Assembly (NCBI GenBank): GCA_013239625.1
Contig: MU056379.1
Span: forward strand, 3,246,895 to 3,310,894
From: Lama guanicoe
Lineage: Eukaryota
Length of the DNA: 64,000 nt
Direction: 5' to 3'
Below, piece after piece: positions 1-12,560 of this stretch. A program made the translations under genes and the position numbers. Numbering within the stretch: the first letter of the stretch is position 1; every line of letters starts with the position of its first letter. The notes under the pieces were generated by a model that saw only the letters and a list, made by a program, of their open reading frames with translations, ran no database searches and was not told the DNA's origin.

Positions 1-115
1 AAACCTCTCTGGGCGTGTTTCTTCATCTGAAAAATTGGACAATCATAGGATCCCCCAAGTAAGATTGTCATGAAATTGAAACACGATGATTCAAGTAAAG
101 CACGTAGCACCAAGT
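1..115 (+). mobile_element. MIR
   Basis: aacctctctggg...tttcttcatctgaaaaattgg core. Confidence 0.65.
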
Positions 116-1302
116 AGGTGCCCAACAGACAGTCTCAAGATCCACCTCCTCCAGGAAGACTTCCTGGCTGGCTCCAGCACAGGTGCCCCCATGTTCCCTA
201 GGGGCAGAGTGTGTCTGCTGTAGACCATGACCCCCTCCCAGGCTCCAGGACTAGTTCTAGAAGGGGAGGGCTTGTTTGTTGCTTCTGTGAGTCTTTAAGG
301 TTGCAGGACAAAGTTGCTGTGAGCTACGCCACTGCTCTTTGGGATAAAATAGACAAAGGGGGAGCCAGAGGAGGAAATAGTTTTCTTTTGAGTTGGGGTA
401 GAAGGTTTGGCCTAGAGAGAGAGTCAGCTGAGGGAAAGTGTGCCTCGCCCACTCTGCACCCCAGAGACAGGTGGCAGTGGCTTCACCCCAGAGCTGGGAG
501 GCCAGAATGTCCTGGCCAGTGTTGGGGACTCCAAGGTCAATCAAGACTGGGACTGACACCCCCATTTCTGGGCCTCTGGGCCTCGGTTCCTCATCTGCAG
601 ATTGGGGCAGTAAATGCCACCTTCCTCCTAGGTCTGGAGAGAGGATAAAGTGGGGCAGTTGATTGGACAGTGAGCCCCACCCTGCATCCCTCATGGGTGG
701 GACCTCCAGCTGGGTAGGGAAGCCAGATGAAGCCTGAATGTCCTACTCACCTGAGGCAGGTGTGGTCTCTCTGGGCAACTTCCCTGAGTACAGTTCTCTC
801 TCAAACACACACACATGCACACACACACGCCACACCCTGCTTCTTGGCCACCCTGGAGCTCTGGGACACAAGCCTTCAGGGGCACCAGTGGTGGGTGGCC
901 TGGGACAGCCCCCCGCCCCCACTGCACTGGCCCCTGGCCTCCCCACACCACCAGCACCGGGCTCAGATGGCGCTCGTTACCGCACTGATGAGTCCCTTTC
1001 ATTACCCCATGTCACCACTGAGGAAACGGCATTGGGGAGGGTGGCACAGAGGGGTTAAGGAATGTTCCAGAAGGACAGAACTTAGGTTCAGACCCAGACA
1101 GTCTGGCCTCATAGTCTGTGCTGGAAACTGCTACACTCCTCTGCCTCCCCGAACCCCTGATGGGTTGGAGTAATTAATTAGCTTTACAAAGTGGGAGGTA
1201 ATGCTTCAAGGTATGTGCCGAGGTAACACCTGTGAAGTTAAATTCTTCACCGGATGTTCCCCTCACTGAGAGGGCTCACTGAGTTTGAGCTTCTCTCTTG
1301 CA

Positions 1303-1354
1303 ATAAATAATTTAATAATAATAATAATAATAACAACAACAACAACAACAATAA
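1303..1354. repeat. Compound (AAT)n(AAC)n microsatellite
   Basis: Read directly from the sequence. Confidence 0.9.
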
Positions 1355-1379
1355 CTAGTAGCAGATATTCTTCCAGCCT

Positions 1380-1560
1380 GTTTTATGCACCACGTTCCCA
1401 TCCTAAAACCTGACGTGTTACCTCAGTGAACCCTTAGGACAGCCCTCAGAGGAAAGTATTGTGAATTTCCTCCTCGTCCAGATGACAAAACTGAGGCTTA
1501 GAGAGCTTAAATCACTGGGCACATCCCAGAGCTGGTGGTGGAGCCAGGCAGCCTGACTCC
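1380..1560 (-). mobile_element. MIR
   Basis: cagatgacaaaactgaggcttagagagcttaaatcact. Confidence 0.65.
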
Positions 1561-2619
1561 AATCACTCATTCATCGCACAGCCCATTAACCCAGCCTCCT
1601 GCCTCCTGCCTCCTCCCACCACACCTGGTGCAAATCCCACTCCGCCCCTCCTTGTTGGGAAGCTGCCTCCCTGCCACCAGAAGGGGCCTTCCCCCAGGAG
1701 CCAGGATAGCGAGGAATGGCCCAGGTGCCCTCCAACCTCCAACCCAGCGCAGGAAGGAGGGGTAGGCTTGGCCCTGGTGGCAGCCCTGGGAGAGCCCCTG
1801 CTGGCCCACCCCAGCCACCCTCTGCAAGCCTGGCCCAGCTGACGTGCTCTGGGAGCGTCACAAGCCGCTACTGCAGGCAAACAGAAGATTCAGGGACAGA
1901 AGGACCCAAGCTGCATAAGGAGGAGGGAAATGTTTTCCCAGCTGCTTCCCTTTCTCGACACAGCTCCCGCCAGCATCCAGTAAGTGGTATGACCATGCAG
2001 AGTAGTGCCCAGGCCTTAACGACTGCTCCCTCAGTCATGCAAGGAGAAGGTTTGTTCCCGTAAAGGGCTCCATTAAATCCTTAGCCAAGGGCTGTACTCT
2101 TCTCCATCTCCATCTCAGCCAAGGGGGAGAGGCCACTTGACCAGTTCTCTCAGAGAGAGTCAGTTACTATAGGGTCTTCATTATTATTATTATTAATGAT
2201 TATTATCACTATCATGTCATCATGGCAGAGATAAGACCCCAGAACCCTGGGTATTGGGACAGGGGTTAAAAGGATCCATCCAGGAATGCCAAGGGGGCTA
2301 ACTAAAGTTTCTCTCGTGTATTTACTCCTCAGGGGAACCAAGCTCTCTCAAGATGTTTTATATTATCTGCAACAGAGACAGCACATTTCCAAGCACAGCA
2401 CACTATTGAAACTACAAGGAAGGGAGACTCTGGAAAGGGTCCAGTGAGTAAGAGATGGTACCTGGAATGGAATGGAATTATAGCATGCCTGTTGTTACCG
2501 CTTAACAGATGTAAATACCCCTGGGGTTTTCCTCTTTTGTTTTGTTTTGTTTATGGATTTATTTCAGTGGCAGAACAATCGGTTATAAGGATTCTTGAGG
2601 TTCACTTCTGACCTGTGTG

Positions 2620-3085
2620 TTGTTTAGGATTATGTTTATCTGAAGGAGATAGAAAACCCCAAAGAAACAGTGTGTCAAACAATAAAGAAGTCTCTTTCAT
2701 TCCCAGGTAAACAATATTTGGAGGTATCTAGTCCACAACTGATGTGGCAGCTTCATGAACATCAGAACCCAAATCACTTCCTTCTTGTTGCTTGGTCGCA
2801 TTTAACACATGGCATCTACCTCATGATCCAAGATGGCTGCTCCAGCTCCAGCAATCACATGCATATTCTAGCCAATGGAAAGAAAGAAGAAGCAAAACAG
2901 TTGCAGACCCCTGCCTTTAAATGACGTTTCTTACATCCCAGTTACAGAGCTTATTCACATGGCCCTAGTTAGCTATAAGGGAGGCTGGGAAATGTCTTTA
3001 TTTCAAGCAGTTATATGCCCGGCTGAAAAATTAGGGGTTCTGCGGCAAAGGAAACAGGGAGCACAGATATTGGGGAATAGTTAGC
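2620..3085 (-). mobile_element. MLT1J/K-like ERVL-MaLR solo LTR
   Basis: Diagnostic segments caagatggctgctccagctccagc and cacatggcc...taagggaggctgggaaatgt. Confidence 0.75.
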
Positions 3086-6000
3086 AGTCTCTAGCACATC
3101 TTAATGCTCTTCCATTCCACTGGAGAGGGATGGCCATGTACTTTCTGGCACCGTGCTCCAGGCAGCCTGGGACTGCCTTCAACTTGATCTTGTGTGTTAG
3201 TCTGGACTCCCCACCACAAAACCAGAACTACTCTGAGAGTAAGACCCAGACCCCAGAACAAAGGCCTTACCCTGGCATTCAAGGCCCTTTGGCAGTTAGG
3301 TTTCATCACCTGCCGCAACCCCCTGCAGCCTTGCTTGGCCCAGCCCCTCTGAGCCTCTTGCCTCTTGCACTTCTTGCTTGGAGGCTGTTCCCTCCACCTG
3401 AAGGCCTTCTCCCAGGTCTCCTAAGCCAGAGGGACTCCTAACTCAACCCCGAAGACTCACCATAGAACTGTTGCCTTGTCAGTGCAGCCTCACTGGGCCC
3501 CTCTGGGAAGAATCAGAATCCTTCTCTCCTGTCCTCCCTTGGGCTTCTGGAGCCTTCCGTCATCCCTCTATTTATAGCCTGTTCAAGTCAGGTGCCCCTG
3601 GACACACTGCCGGGAGGAGGGAGGGGCCCCAGGCTGGGAGAGCAGGTCCTGTGACCTGCCTGGGGAAGGGCTGGGAGTTTCCAGGACGGCTCCTCTAGCC
3701 CCATGTTCCCCTCGTGCTTCTGTCTATGGGGGAGATGAAGCTCCCACACCTGGAGCAGCCTCATCACAATGCCCCTGGGTGGTCACCTATCTCCCCAGCT
3801 TTGCCACGTGCCCTGGGGCCTGGGCTGTGCTCATTTCCATCCCCAGAGCCCAGAGCCCAGCCCAGGACCTGACCCTGCCTCCATCATTGCATGCTGACAT
3901 GAGTAACGCGGTGGAGTTAGATGTCTCCATGCTGGGGGGGTCCTGGCCGGGGTTGCCTGACTGGGTAAGAGGGCAGGAGCTGCTGTAACTCTGGGGAGGC
4001 AAGGAAGCTCCCTCCCTGGACAGTCGGCTTCCCTCCTGCTTCCCTGGCAGGTCCAGGTGCTCACCACAGGAGGTGGAGAAACATCCACGCTTCAGAAAGC
4101 CAAGCAAGGGGAGAGGGCCCTGTAGTCCCCCACTAAATGTCATTGTCACCTCCCCATACCCAGCCTGGCCCCTCCTGTCAGCTCTGTACCAACTCACAAT
4201 GGATCCTTCAGTGACTCCAAGCCATTGCTCAACCCACCCCTCCACATGACAACCTTCCCACCCCCATCCCTGAAGACCTCTCCCCACCCAGTTACCTCTG
4301 TCGGCACCACCCTCATTCCTCCCAAATGCTGACAAATCTGGATTCTGAGCCAGAGTGACCTGGGGGTCCTGAGCCCAATCCCCACCCTTTCTGCTCCCCC
4401 TCACGCACACACCCCTTTTCAGATAAAGACATCCACACCGGTGTCAAGGATACCCACCAGCTGCCAGCTGAGTACCTCCCCTGCCCTTTCACAAGCCTCC
4501 GTGCCCAGCCCTGACTGGGCGGATGGAGCCCTTGACCCTTGAATGACTAGAGGGACACTAGATGGAAGGCTCAGCCTTTCTGTCACCAGCAGGGCTCATA
4601 GGCCCAGCTGCCCAGGACCTTCCTGCCTCCTGTGGGTCACATGACAGGCTGGCTCCAGTGTGTCTGCCCTGAGCCCCAGCTGAACCAAGAGTGGGCTCTG
4701 GCATTTAGAATCAGACAGACCTGGCTGGACAACCTCAGACAAGTTCCTAACCCTCTCTGAGCCTCTGACATTTGTAACTAACTCCAATCTGGCCCATAGG
4801 GCTCCCAAGGGGCCTGAGGAAGGGATCCAATGGGCCATGTGGGTTTGAGACACCTCTTTCCTCCCTCACCTTTAGAAGGTGAGGGCAGGAGGCTTTTCTG
4901 GGGAGTAGGTTGGGAGGGCGAGGAAGGACCAGTGTGCCTTCTGACCTTGCCTCAGGAGCTGGCCCCCAGCCCTACCTAGCTCAGAGACCACCTGCCTGAG
5001 GAGGAAGATGATGGTGCCAATGAGGAGAGACAGTCTGGGGCGCCTCCTAGTGGGCACCAAGGGAATGTCTCCTCGGGCAGAGGATAATCAGCCTTCCAGT
5101 CTAGCCCCTTAATGTAAGGCTCTCAGCTTGGAATCGGGGCCCAGTACTGACTCATCACGGCCAGCTCTGGCAAAAGTCACCTCTCCTCAGGGAACCTCAG
5201 GTTCCTCATTCCCCAAACGGAGATGCTGATAATAATACCACGCACAGGACCACTTCAGTGGAGGCTTCAGTCGGGTGCCAGGTGACCCTGCCATGCACAC
5301 AGACACCGCCTTGCACATGTTTTTTAAGGTCCAGAGAGCTAGTAGTTTGCTTGAGGGCCACAGCAAGCTAGTGGATGAGCTGAGGTGAGGAGCCAGGTTT
5401 CAGACTCCTGGTCCAGTGCTCCTTCCACTCCTGGGTGCTGTGCCATGTGACCTTGGACTTCCCAGGCCTATTAATTCCTCCATGTGGCTCTGGGCATTTT
5501 CAGATCTTTTAGCGCTATTAACACACCTGTCCCAGGAACAAGCTTACGATCGCATCCAATTAACCTTCCTGCCAAACAATATAGGATGTGATTTCTTTTT
5601 CCAATGCTTGCAGTGATACCTCTGTTCCCATCTCTTTCCCCAAAGACAGAAGCCCCATGTGAGCCCTGAGGTGGCTGTGCTGTCCCTTAAGTTGGGGCCG
5701 TGCAACACTGGCCCACAGCACGCAGGCCCCAGGTCCTGCTTATCCAAGCCCCAGGTGGGACCTTGCTCCTGCTCTGGGTGGGAAACTGCATATGTGTGCT
5801 GGGGGCGGGGTGGCAGAAGAATGAGGCCTCCCCCAGTGGAGAAGGAGGATGTGGAAGGGGAGTTCCCAGCCCCAGCCCCAGAGGGTCAGTTTATTTGGTC
5901 TCTAATGAAAAGTGTTCTTCCTGAATTCCTTCACGGTGCTGGTGGGGTGACCCTGGGGGCATGAACTAGACCAGAGGGGAACTGGGCCCAGCCCGAGGCT

Positions 6001-6219
6001 GTGTCTGCACAGTAGGCTCTCACCTTTCACTTGGGCTGTGTGCTTATCTGGGGGCAGCTGGAGCTCCCCCTGCTGCCCCCTCACTGAGCATCTGAAGGGG
6101 TTACACTCACACACCTGTACATGCTGTGACACACCAGCTTTTAAGAAACATCCACAAGTACACAGATGCACAGACAGGCAAAGACAGAGACTGTGTGATC
6201 ACACAACCCTGAATAGACT

Positions 6220-6222
<3 letters not shown>

Positions 6223-6254
<32 letters not shown>
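6223..6254. repeat. (CA)n microsatellite
   Basis: Read directly from the sequence. Confidence 0.95.
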
Positions 6255-6257
<3 letters not shown>

Positions 6258-7450
6258 AAAGGAAAGGAAAAGGGTCCAAAGGATAGAGTCAGGCCCTTGG
6301 GAGGTGGGCTGAGCTGGGGTGTGAGTGCATAGTTGGGAGGCTGTGGGGGAACAGAGCTGTGCCCCCTCCCAGGCAGGCAACCTTGCGGAGGGAGGCCTCC
6401 ACCATGAGCGTGCGGGGCAGTGAGGACGCACTTAGGTGTGACGCTAGGAAACTGATCCACATGGGGGATCTGATGGCTCCAGGAAGCCAGGGGAAAGCCA
6501 GCCCTGGAAGCTCTCCCAGGACCGTATCCTGGCTGAATGGCTTTTACTTCCTCCCTGCTCAGCCTCTCACAGATCTCCTCCTCCTCTCCCCTTTCCCTGT
6601 TCCTCCCACTCCCCCACATCCTCCCCTCCCCTCGGGGTCATCTTTCTGCCATTTACAGCAGTCCTTGCCTGGCACCAGTACCTCCTCCAAGGCCCAGGCC
6701 TCTCTGAGAAGCTTTCCTCCCACCCCCTCCCAGAGGCAGATTAACCCCTGCCTTCTCATGCCCCGAGGCCCCTGCACGCCCATAGCTCCCAAGGCGTCCC
6801 AGTGTAATGCTCCGTGGACGCACCTCACTCCTTGACTCTGTGAGAAGGCTGTGCTTTTTTAAGGGCCAGAGGAGGCTGTGCCACGGCTTCACTGGAGCTG
6901 CGTAGGATGGGATTTGTGATTTTGCAACTTCCTCAAGGCCATATGGCTGGTAAATGCTGGACCTGGGACTTGAACTCAGGACTGTGTACTCTCAGACCCT
7001 GAATTCTTAACTGGTGGGCCTGCTTCCTTAACCCCATTGTACAGATGTGGGAGTTGAGATTCAGAAGCTGAGCGAGTCAGCCTGAGCCTGTGAACATCTC
7101 TGAATGCCGGTCTGCCCACCCCATTTCCAGCTGCATCAGAGCCTTCCGCCTGGGCTGTCATGTCAGTGGTAACCGGCACCGATGGACCAGGGTCCCTGGA
7201 GCCACAACTGCGGCCCAGAGTGTATGGGGAGCTCAGTGCTGGGGGAGAAATGGAAAGTGACACTTCCTGGCCCCGCAGCTCCACGCCTAAGCGGGGGGAG
7301 CAGATCGTGCACCTGGGCACAGGAGGTGGCAGAGCGCAGCAGCTGTCAGAGAATCAGGAGGCGGAGGGAATGGAAACTGACAGCTCACCCACAGGGGCTG
7401 CTGGGCACCGCTGGGCACCCACCACAGCTGGGGCTGAGGCTGGGCGGGGC

Positions 7451-7489
7451 CCCTGGCTCCCCTGGCTCCCCTGGCTCCCCTGGCTCCCC
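7451..7489. repeat. (CCCTGGCTC)x4 minisatellite
   Basis: Four perfect 9-bp units. Confidence 0.95.
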
Positions 7490-7554
7490 AGGCAGGAAGG
7501 GGCGGGAGTTTCAGCTGGTTCCCCATACAATGGCAGGATGACTAGGGGCTAGAA

Positions 7555-7735
7555 GCCTCAATTCAAATAGCAGGTGAGCCCTCACCAGCTCTGCAACTGC
7601 AGGCAAGTTGCTTAGCTTCTCTGGGCCTCAGTGTCTCCTGTATAAAATGTGGACAGTAACAGTACCTCTGGCATTGCTAAGAGCCTTAGGGGTGTCAGCA
7701 TATATAAAGTGCCAGCCAGCACCCAGTAAACATTG
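7555..7735 (+). mobile_element. MIR
   Basis: ggcaagttgcttagcttctctgggcctcagtgtctcctgtataaaatg. Confidence 0.7.
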
Positions 7736-7866
7736 TCATGTGGACTGACTGAGTCTAAGAGAGACAATTCACACGCAGCTGCTGTGGGGGACTGAAGAAT
7801 TATAAATAGGAGAAGCACGTAGTACCTGGCATACAGCAAGCTCTATATCAGTAAAAGTTCTTATTA

Positions 7867-7997
7867 NNNNNNNNNNNNNNNNNNNNNNNNNNNNNNNNNN
7901 NNNNNNNNNNNNNNNNNNNNNNNNNNNNNNNNNNNNNNNNNNNNNNNNNNNNNNNNNNNNNNNNNNNNNNNNNNNNNNNNNNNNNNNNNNNNNNNNN
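7867..7997. other. Assembly gap
   Basis: Run of N. Other gaps are at 22664-22795, 23057-23237, 26407-26615 and 32489-32724. Confidence 1.
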
Positions 7998-8822
7998 GAC
8001 GGCAGAGGTTATACCCCGTGAAGCTGGGCCTGATCGGGTCCTTACAGTAGGTCAGCGGTCTGTCCTCAGGAAGGCTGTCCGTCTGCTCAGTGCTGGAGCT
8101 GGGTGAGGGCTTCTCCTACCCTGCCTTCCCTAGTCTCCAGATTATTCCAGAAGACCCCCTTGTGACCGGGAGCTCCAGACAGCCCTCTTATTTACCCCAG
8201 GCCCAGATTCATTTTTCCTGTATGAGAGGAAGCCCTTGGGTCTGCCCTGGGCTTTGAACCTTTCCAGACAGACCCAGAGTCCTCAACCTTCAGGGCAAAT
8301 GGCCCTTTGAGATCATCCCTGTGCCTACCTCAAGACAGGAAGGTCCTGCCCAAGGACTCCAGGACCCAGTGGAAGGACAGGATGAGGATTCAGCCTCTGA
8401 CTGGGAGTTCTGTCTTGGGCAAACTGCTCAGACACAACAGGGGATTTCGGGGCTCTGTGGTGGGGGAGAGGGACAGACATTCTCCAGTGAGGGAGGGAGG
8501 AGTTTCAGGATGGGGGAATTTCTGTTCTCTTGGCCTCTCTGTGTTTTCTGCAGTGGAACAAACTGCTTTTGTAATAACAGGAAAAGACCATAAATGAGCC
8601 TTCATTTAAGGAAAAGCAGAGTTCTCCTAGGCACCAAGAAGACAAGCCCTTGATGTAAAGTATATTCAGAGGGAAGAAATTTTTTTTAAAAAAGGAGAGA
8701 TGGTTAGATTAGAGCAACTGATCTTGTTGTAATAACTCCTCAACGCTCTCCGCCTTAATGAGAACCCTGGTTTGAGGGACTGAGACATGTCAGCTGGGCT
8801 CTGAGATTCCACACAGGGGCGC

Positions 8823-8888
8823 GTGTGTGTGTGTGTCTGTGTGTATGTGTGTGTGTCTGTGTGTGTCTGTGTGTATGTGTGTGTGTGT
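8823..8888. repeat. Interrupted (TG)n microsatellite
   Basis: Read directly from the sequence. Confidence 0.95.
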
Positions 8889-8984
8889 TTGAGTGACTGA
8901 GTATGTGAGGTGAGGGACAGTCAGTCCCTCCAGAAGCCAGGCCTGAGGTGCCCCAGGGGTGATGAGGGAGGCAGATCTGCCGGG

Positions 8985-9165
8985 AAAGAACACAGACTTT
9001 GGAACCAGGCGCAGTAGAGCTGGAATTGAGCCCCATCAGTGACTGGCACTTTACTTCTCTGAGCTGCAGTTTCCTCATTTATAAAATGGAGAAAACAACG
9101 TCTGTTTCACAGGATTGTAGCTGTGGGGATTAAAGAAAATAAACTGGCACAAAGAGTTAGCACGG
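8985..9165 (+). mobile_element. MIR
   Basis: tttacttctctgagctgcagtttcctcatttataaaatgg. Confidence 0.7.
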
Positions 9166-9524
9166 AGCAGGTGTTCAGCCATGAACCACCCCCCAAACAA
9201 GGACCCATCTCCCTTTCACTGACACTGTGCTGGACAGCTTCACAATCTGGTCCTCACTGTCATCTGTGATCTGACCTCAGAGGGGAGCAGGGGGGACGGT
9301 GGTATCCTGGAGACCAGGGGGTTGTTGCCATCCAACCTGTGCTCAGGGGGACGGACCCTCCTTCCACGTCAGCCGAAGCTAGTGGAACCCTTGGCAGGAC
9401 CCTGGAGGAGCCATCTGGCGGAGCATGGAGACCCCTAGTGGCCCCATGGGGGACTGCATGTATGCACGTGAAATCTCCCACCAGGAGCCGGGCTGCTCCG
9501 TCCTTGGACTTCCCACAGCAAACG

Positions 9525-9654
9525 ATTTTTTTTTTCAGATGGGGGAGGTAATTAGGCTTATTCATTTATTTATTTTTAGAGGAGGTACTGGGGATTGAAC
9601 CTAGGACCTTGTTATGCTGAGCATGCGCTCTACCACTTGGGCTATACCCTCCCC
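9525..9654 (-). mobile_element. tRNA-Ala-derived camelid SINE (Vic-1 type)
   Basis: Minus strand reads ggggagggtatagcccaagtggtagagcgcatgctcagcat...ggttcaatccccagtacctcc, then an A-rich tail and cctaattacctccccc; A and B boxes are present. Confidence 0.9.
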
Positions 9655-10534
9655 TCTCAGCCAACATTCTTGAGCCCCTATTAAGTGCCAGAGCTTGTGC
9701 TAGATGCTGGGGAAGCAGGGAAGAGAGAAGTCTGTCACTCCAGAGAAGCCCACCACCAGGAGAGTTGCAGAGGCTGGGCCACCCACTTCTACCCCTACAT
9801 TCACCCACAAGAAAGGAAACAGGGATCAGTCAGGGGACCTGTGGCAAGACAGCCCCTCTGCCACAAAGTACCTGGAATGAGCAAGACTTAAAAATTATTA
9901 TGATTATTGAAGGTATAAAAGGGCAGATGTGTTGGATTAGGGGTCATGCTCCCTTGCTCTTCTCCAAGCACTTTGGAAACTGCTAGATATTTGCTTAAAA
10001 CAAGCGTTTATAATGTGCCAGATACTGGGAGACGCCCTCTGCATGTGGCGTCTTGTCTGATCTCTGGGGAGTAGACACTCCAAGCCTGTGGCTGAGAAAG
10101 CTGGTGCTCAGGGAGGTTTAGGTCATTAAGAGTTGGGATTTGAACCCAGGTTGTCCTGACTCCAGGGCTCATGTTCTTTATGCAAGAGGCAATGTTTCTG
10201 CCAAGTGGGGCAGCCTGTGACTTTCCAATAACATTGACTCACCTTCCTGGGCCTCAGAGCCCTCCTCAGTCAGGCCAGATGTTTCGTTTGGTGTTGTTGA
10301 AGACCCTGCGGGCACTGGTTCCCAGTCTTGGCTGCACGTTGGATTCGGTGGATTTCCTTGCTCCGGGTACATCCCAGGCATTGGGACTTTAAAACTTCCC
10401 CGGTGGTTCTAAGGTGCATGGAGGACTGGGGAGGGCCTTGCTGGCCACGACGCAGAAATTAAACTTTATTCTGCTAGGTGGTAAGACAGTGGGGTTCCCT
10501 CCCTCTCCCTGTGCCCAGGTGTTCTTGATTGCCT

Positions 10535-10955
10535 TTTATTATTTATTTATTTGTGTAGTCTATAAAATTCCTTCCTTTAAAGTGTACAGTTCAGTGGGCT
10601 TGAGAGTGTCGACCAGGTGGTGCAACCATCACCGTATCAGATTGTAGAACATTTTCATCACCCCAAAAAGAAACCCTGTACCTGTTAGTGGTCCCTCCCC
10701 ATCACCTTTCCCGCTAGCCGCTGGCAATACTAATCTACTTTCTGTCTCTGCAGATTTGCCTCTTCTGGAAATTTCATGTCAATGGAGTCATACAATACAT
10801 GGCTCTATGTGTCCAGATTCTTTCATTTCCCTTTATGTGTTCAAGGTTCAACTGTGTTGTACCTGTCCCAGTTCTCCACTCATTTTTATGGCTGAATAAT
10901 ACTCCATTGCATGGCTATATCACACTTGAAAAATCAATTCATCAGTTGACAGATG
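10535..10955 (-). mobile_element. L1MB-like LINE-1 3' end
   Basis: ttaaagtgtacagttcagtgg...agaacattttcatcaccccaaaaagaaaccctgtac...ctaatctactttctgtctct is the typical antisense L1M 3'UTR. Confidence 0.85.
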
Positions 10956-11869
10956 GTTTTAAGGCTCTGAAGTTCTCTTGGCTGAGAGAGGTGACCTGGT
11001 TTACCCAGGTGGTGGGTGACCTGGTTTACCCAGGCTGAGAGAGACACCAGGGAGCGTGGACACTGCCTCTCAAGCCTGCGTGAAGGAAAGCGCAAAGGGC
11101 CGGGGTGTGAAAATCAACCCTGGAAAGCTCCAGGGGGCACAGTGGGGTAGATCCTGAGCAGCTGTGAGAGGTGGGTCATCGCTGCCCCCTCACCTCCTTC
11201 CATGAAGATAACCAAGGACCTGGGCAAAACAGTCACAAAGCTGCATCATTGAGGCACTGCTAAACAGTAAAAAACAAAAAAAACAAAAACAAAAAGCAGA
11301 AATAACCTAGATGTCCAGCAATAGGGAACTTGTTAAGCAAGCAATGCCACTCCTATCCAAGGGGATACCCTGCAGTCAAAAATGACACAGTATCAGCTCC
11401 CTTTTATCACGGTGCCAAGTCCTGCTTGTGCATCTGATGTCGCTGACTGATGGCAGCCTCATGAGGTAGGTGATTTTATGATTCCCATTTAAAATAAGGT
11501 GACGAAAATGGGGAGCATTTAGGCAACTTACCCAATGCTGTGCAGTTAGGAAGCAGTGGGGCTGAGAAACAAACCAGGGTCCACTTACTTAATATCTTTG
11601 CTCTACCACCTCTCAGAAGGTAGAAAAATATTTACCAACATGAGAAACCATTCACAAAATATTGGTTCAATGAATAAATCAGATTATGGAATAGTACACA
11701 GGAGTATGAACCAAGCCTTGAAGGAGATCCGCCAGACTGTGGATCAGAGAGATCTCTGCACAGTTGGATTAAGAGTAATTTTTTTTCTGCCTTGTGTTTG
11801 CATTTTCTCAATCTTGTACAAGAAGCATGTTTTTGTTTTCAGGAAGAAAAGTATTTTATTTGGCTCACT

Positions 11870-12560
11870 TAAAAAAAATAAACAACTTTCATACATTGCT
11901 GGTGGGAATTCCACATGGTACACTCCCTGTGAAGGACAGTTTTGTACTATTTACCAAAGCTGCAAATGCATTTGCCATTTGACTCAGCAATCCTGAATCT
12001 ACATTTTATCCTGTAGGTAGAGCTGCACGTGGATGGCGAATGAGGCAACTCACTGCAGGATTGCTTATTATAGCAAATGATTGGAAACAACTTAAACATG
12101 CATTGTATAGGGGTTTGGTTAAATAATCTTTGGAAGGAATATTCTACAGCCATAAAAAAGAATAAGGGAGATTTCTAGACTGCTAGGGAAAGGGAACTGG
12201 GATATTTTTTCATGAAAAGGGCAAGACTGAGAACAGTGTACTCATAATGTTACTTCTGGGGTAAGAAAGAAAAGAAGGGAGAAAATGTATTTTATGTCCG
12301 CTTATACTTTATCATAATGATGCTGGAAGGCAAGGGTGATCATCAGAATATTTAACAGCCAAGAAAGAACAGACAGCAGCTTGCTCTGTAACCGCTGTAG
12401 AAGGGAAACCCAAGAAACTAGATGTGGCTGCCTACAGGGACGGGGAAATGGGCTGAATGGGACAAGCGTGGGAATGAGGTTGATTTCTCAGCCTCTGCTT
12501 TTTTATACCGTTTTAGTTTTTGAACCATGGAACTGTATTACCTGGTCAAAATAATAATAA
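11870..12560 (+). mobile_element. Old L1ME-like fragments
   Basis: tcatacattgctggtgggaat..., ggaaacaacttaaacatg, ggaatattctacagccataaaaaagaat. Confidence 0.65.

Noticed and set aside
3787-3930. Minus-strand ATG with good Kozak context (METSNSTALLMS...), resembling a GPCR N-terminus
   Set aside because: The ORF ends after about 47 codons, the candidate donor is weak and no transmembrane segments follow.
7182-7541. Collagen-like GSPGSPGSP in an ORF
   Set aside because: This is only the translation of the 9-bp minisatellite; there is no exon structure.
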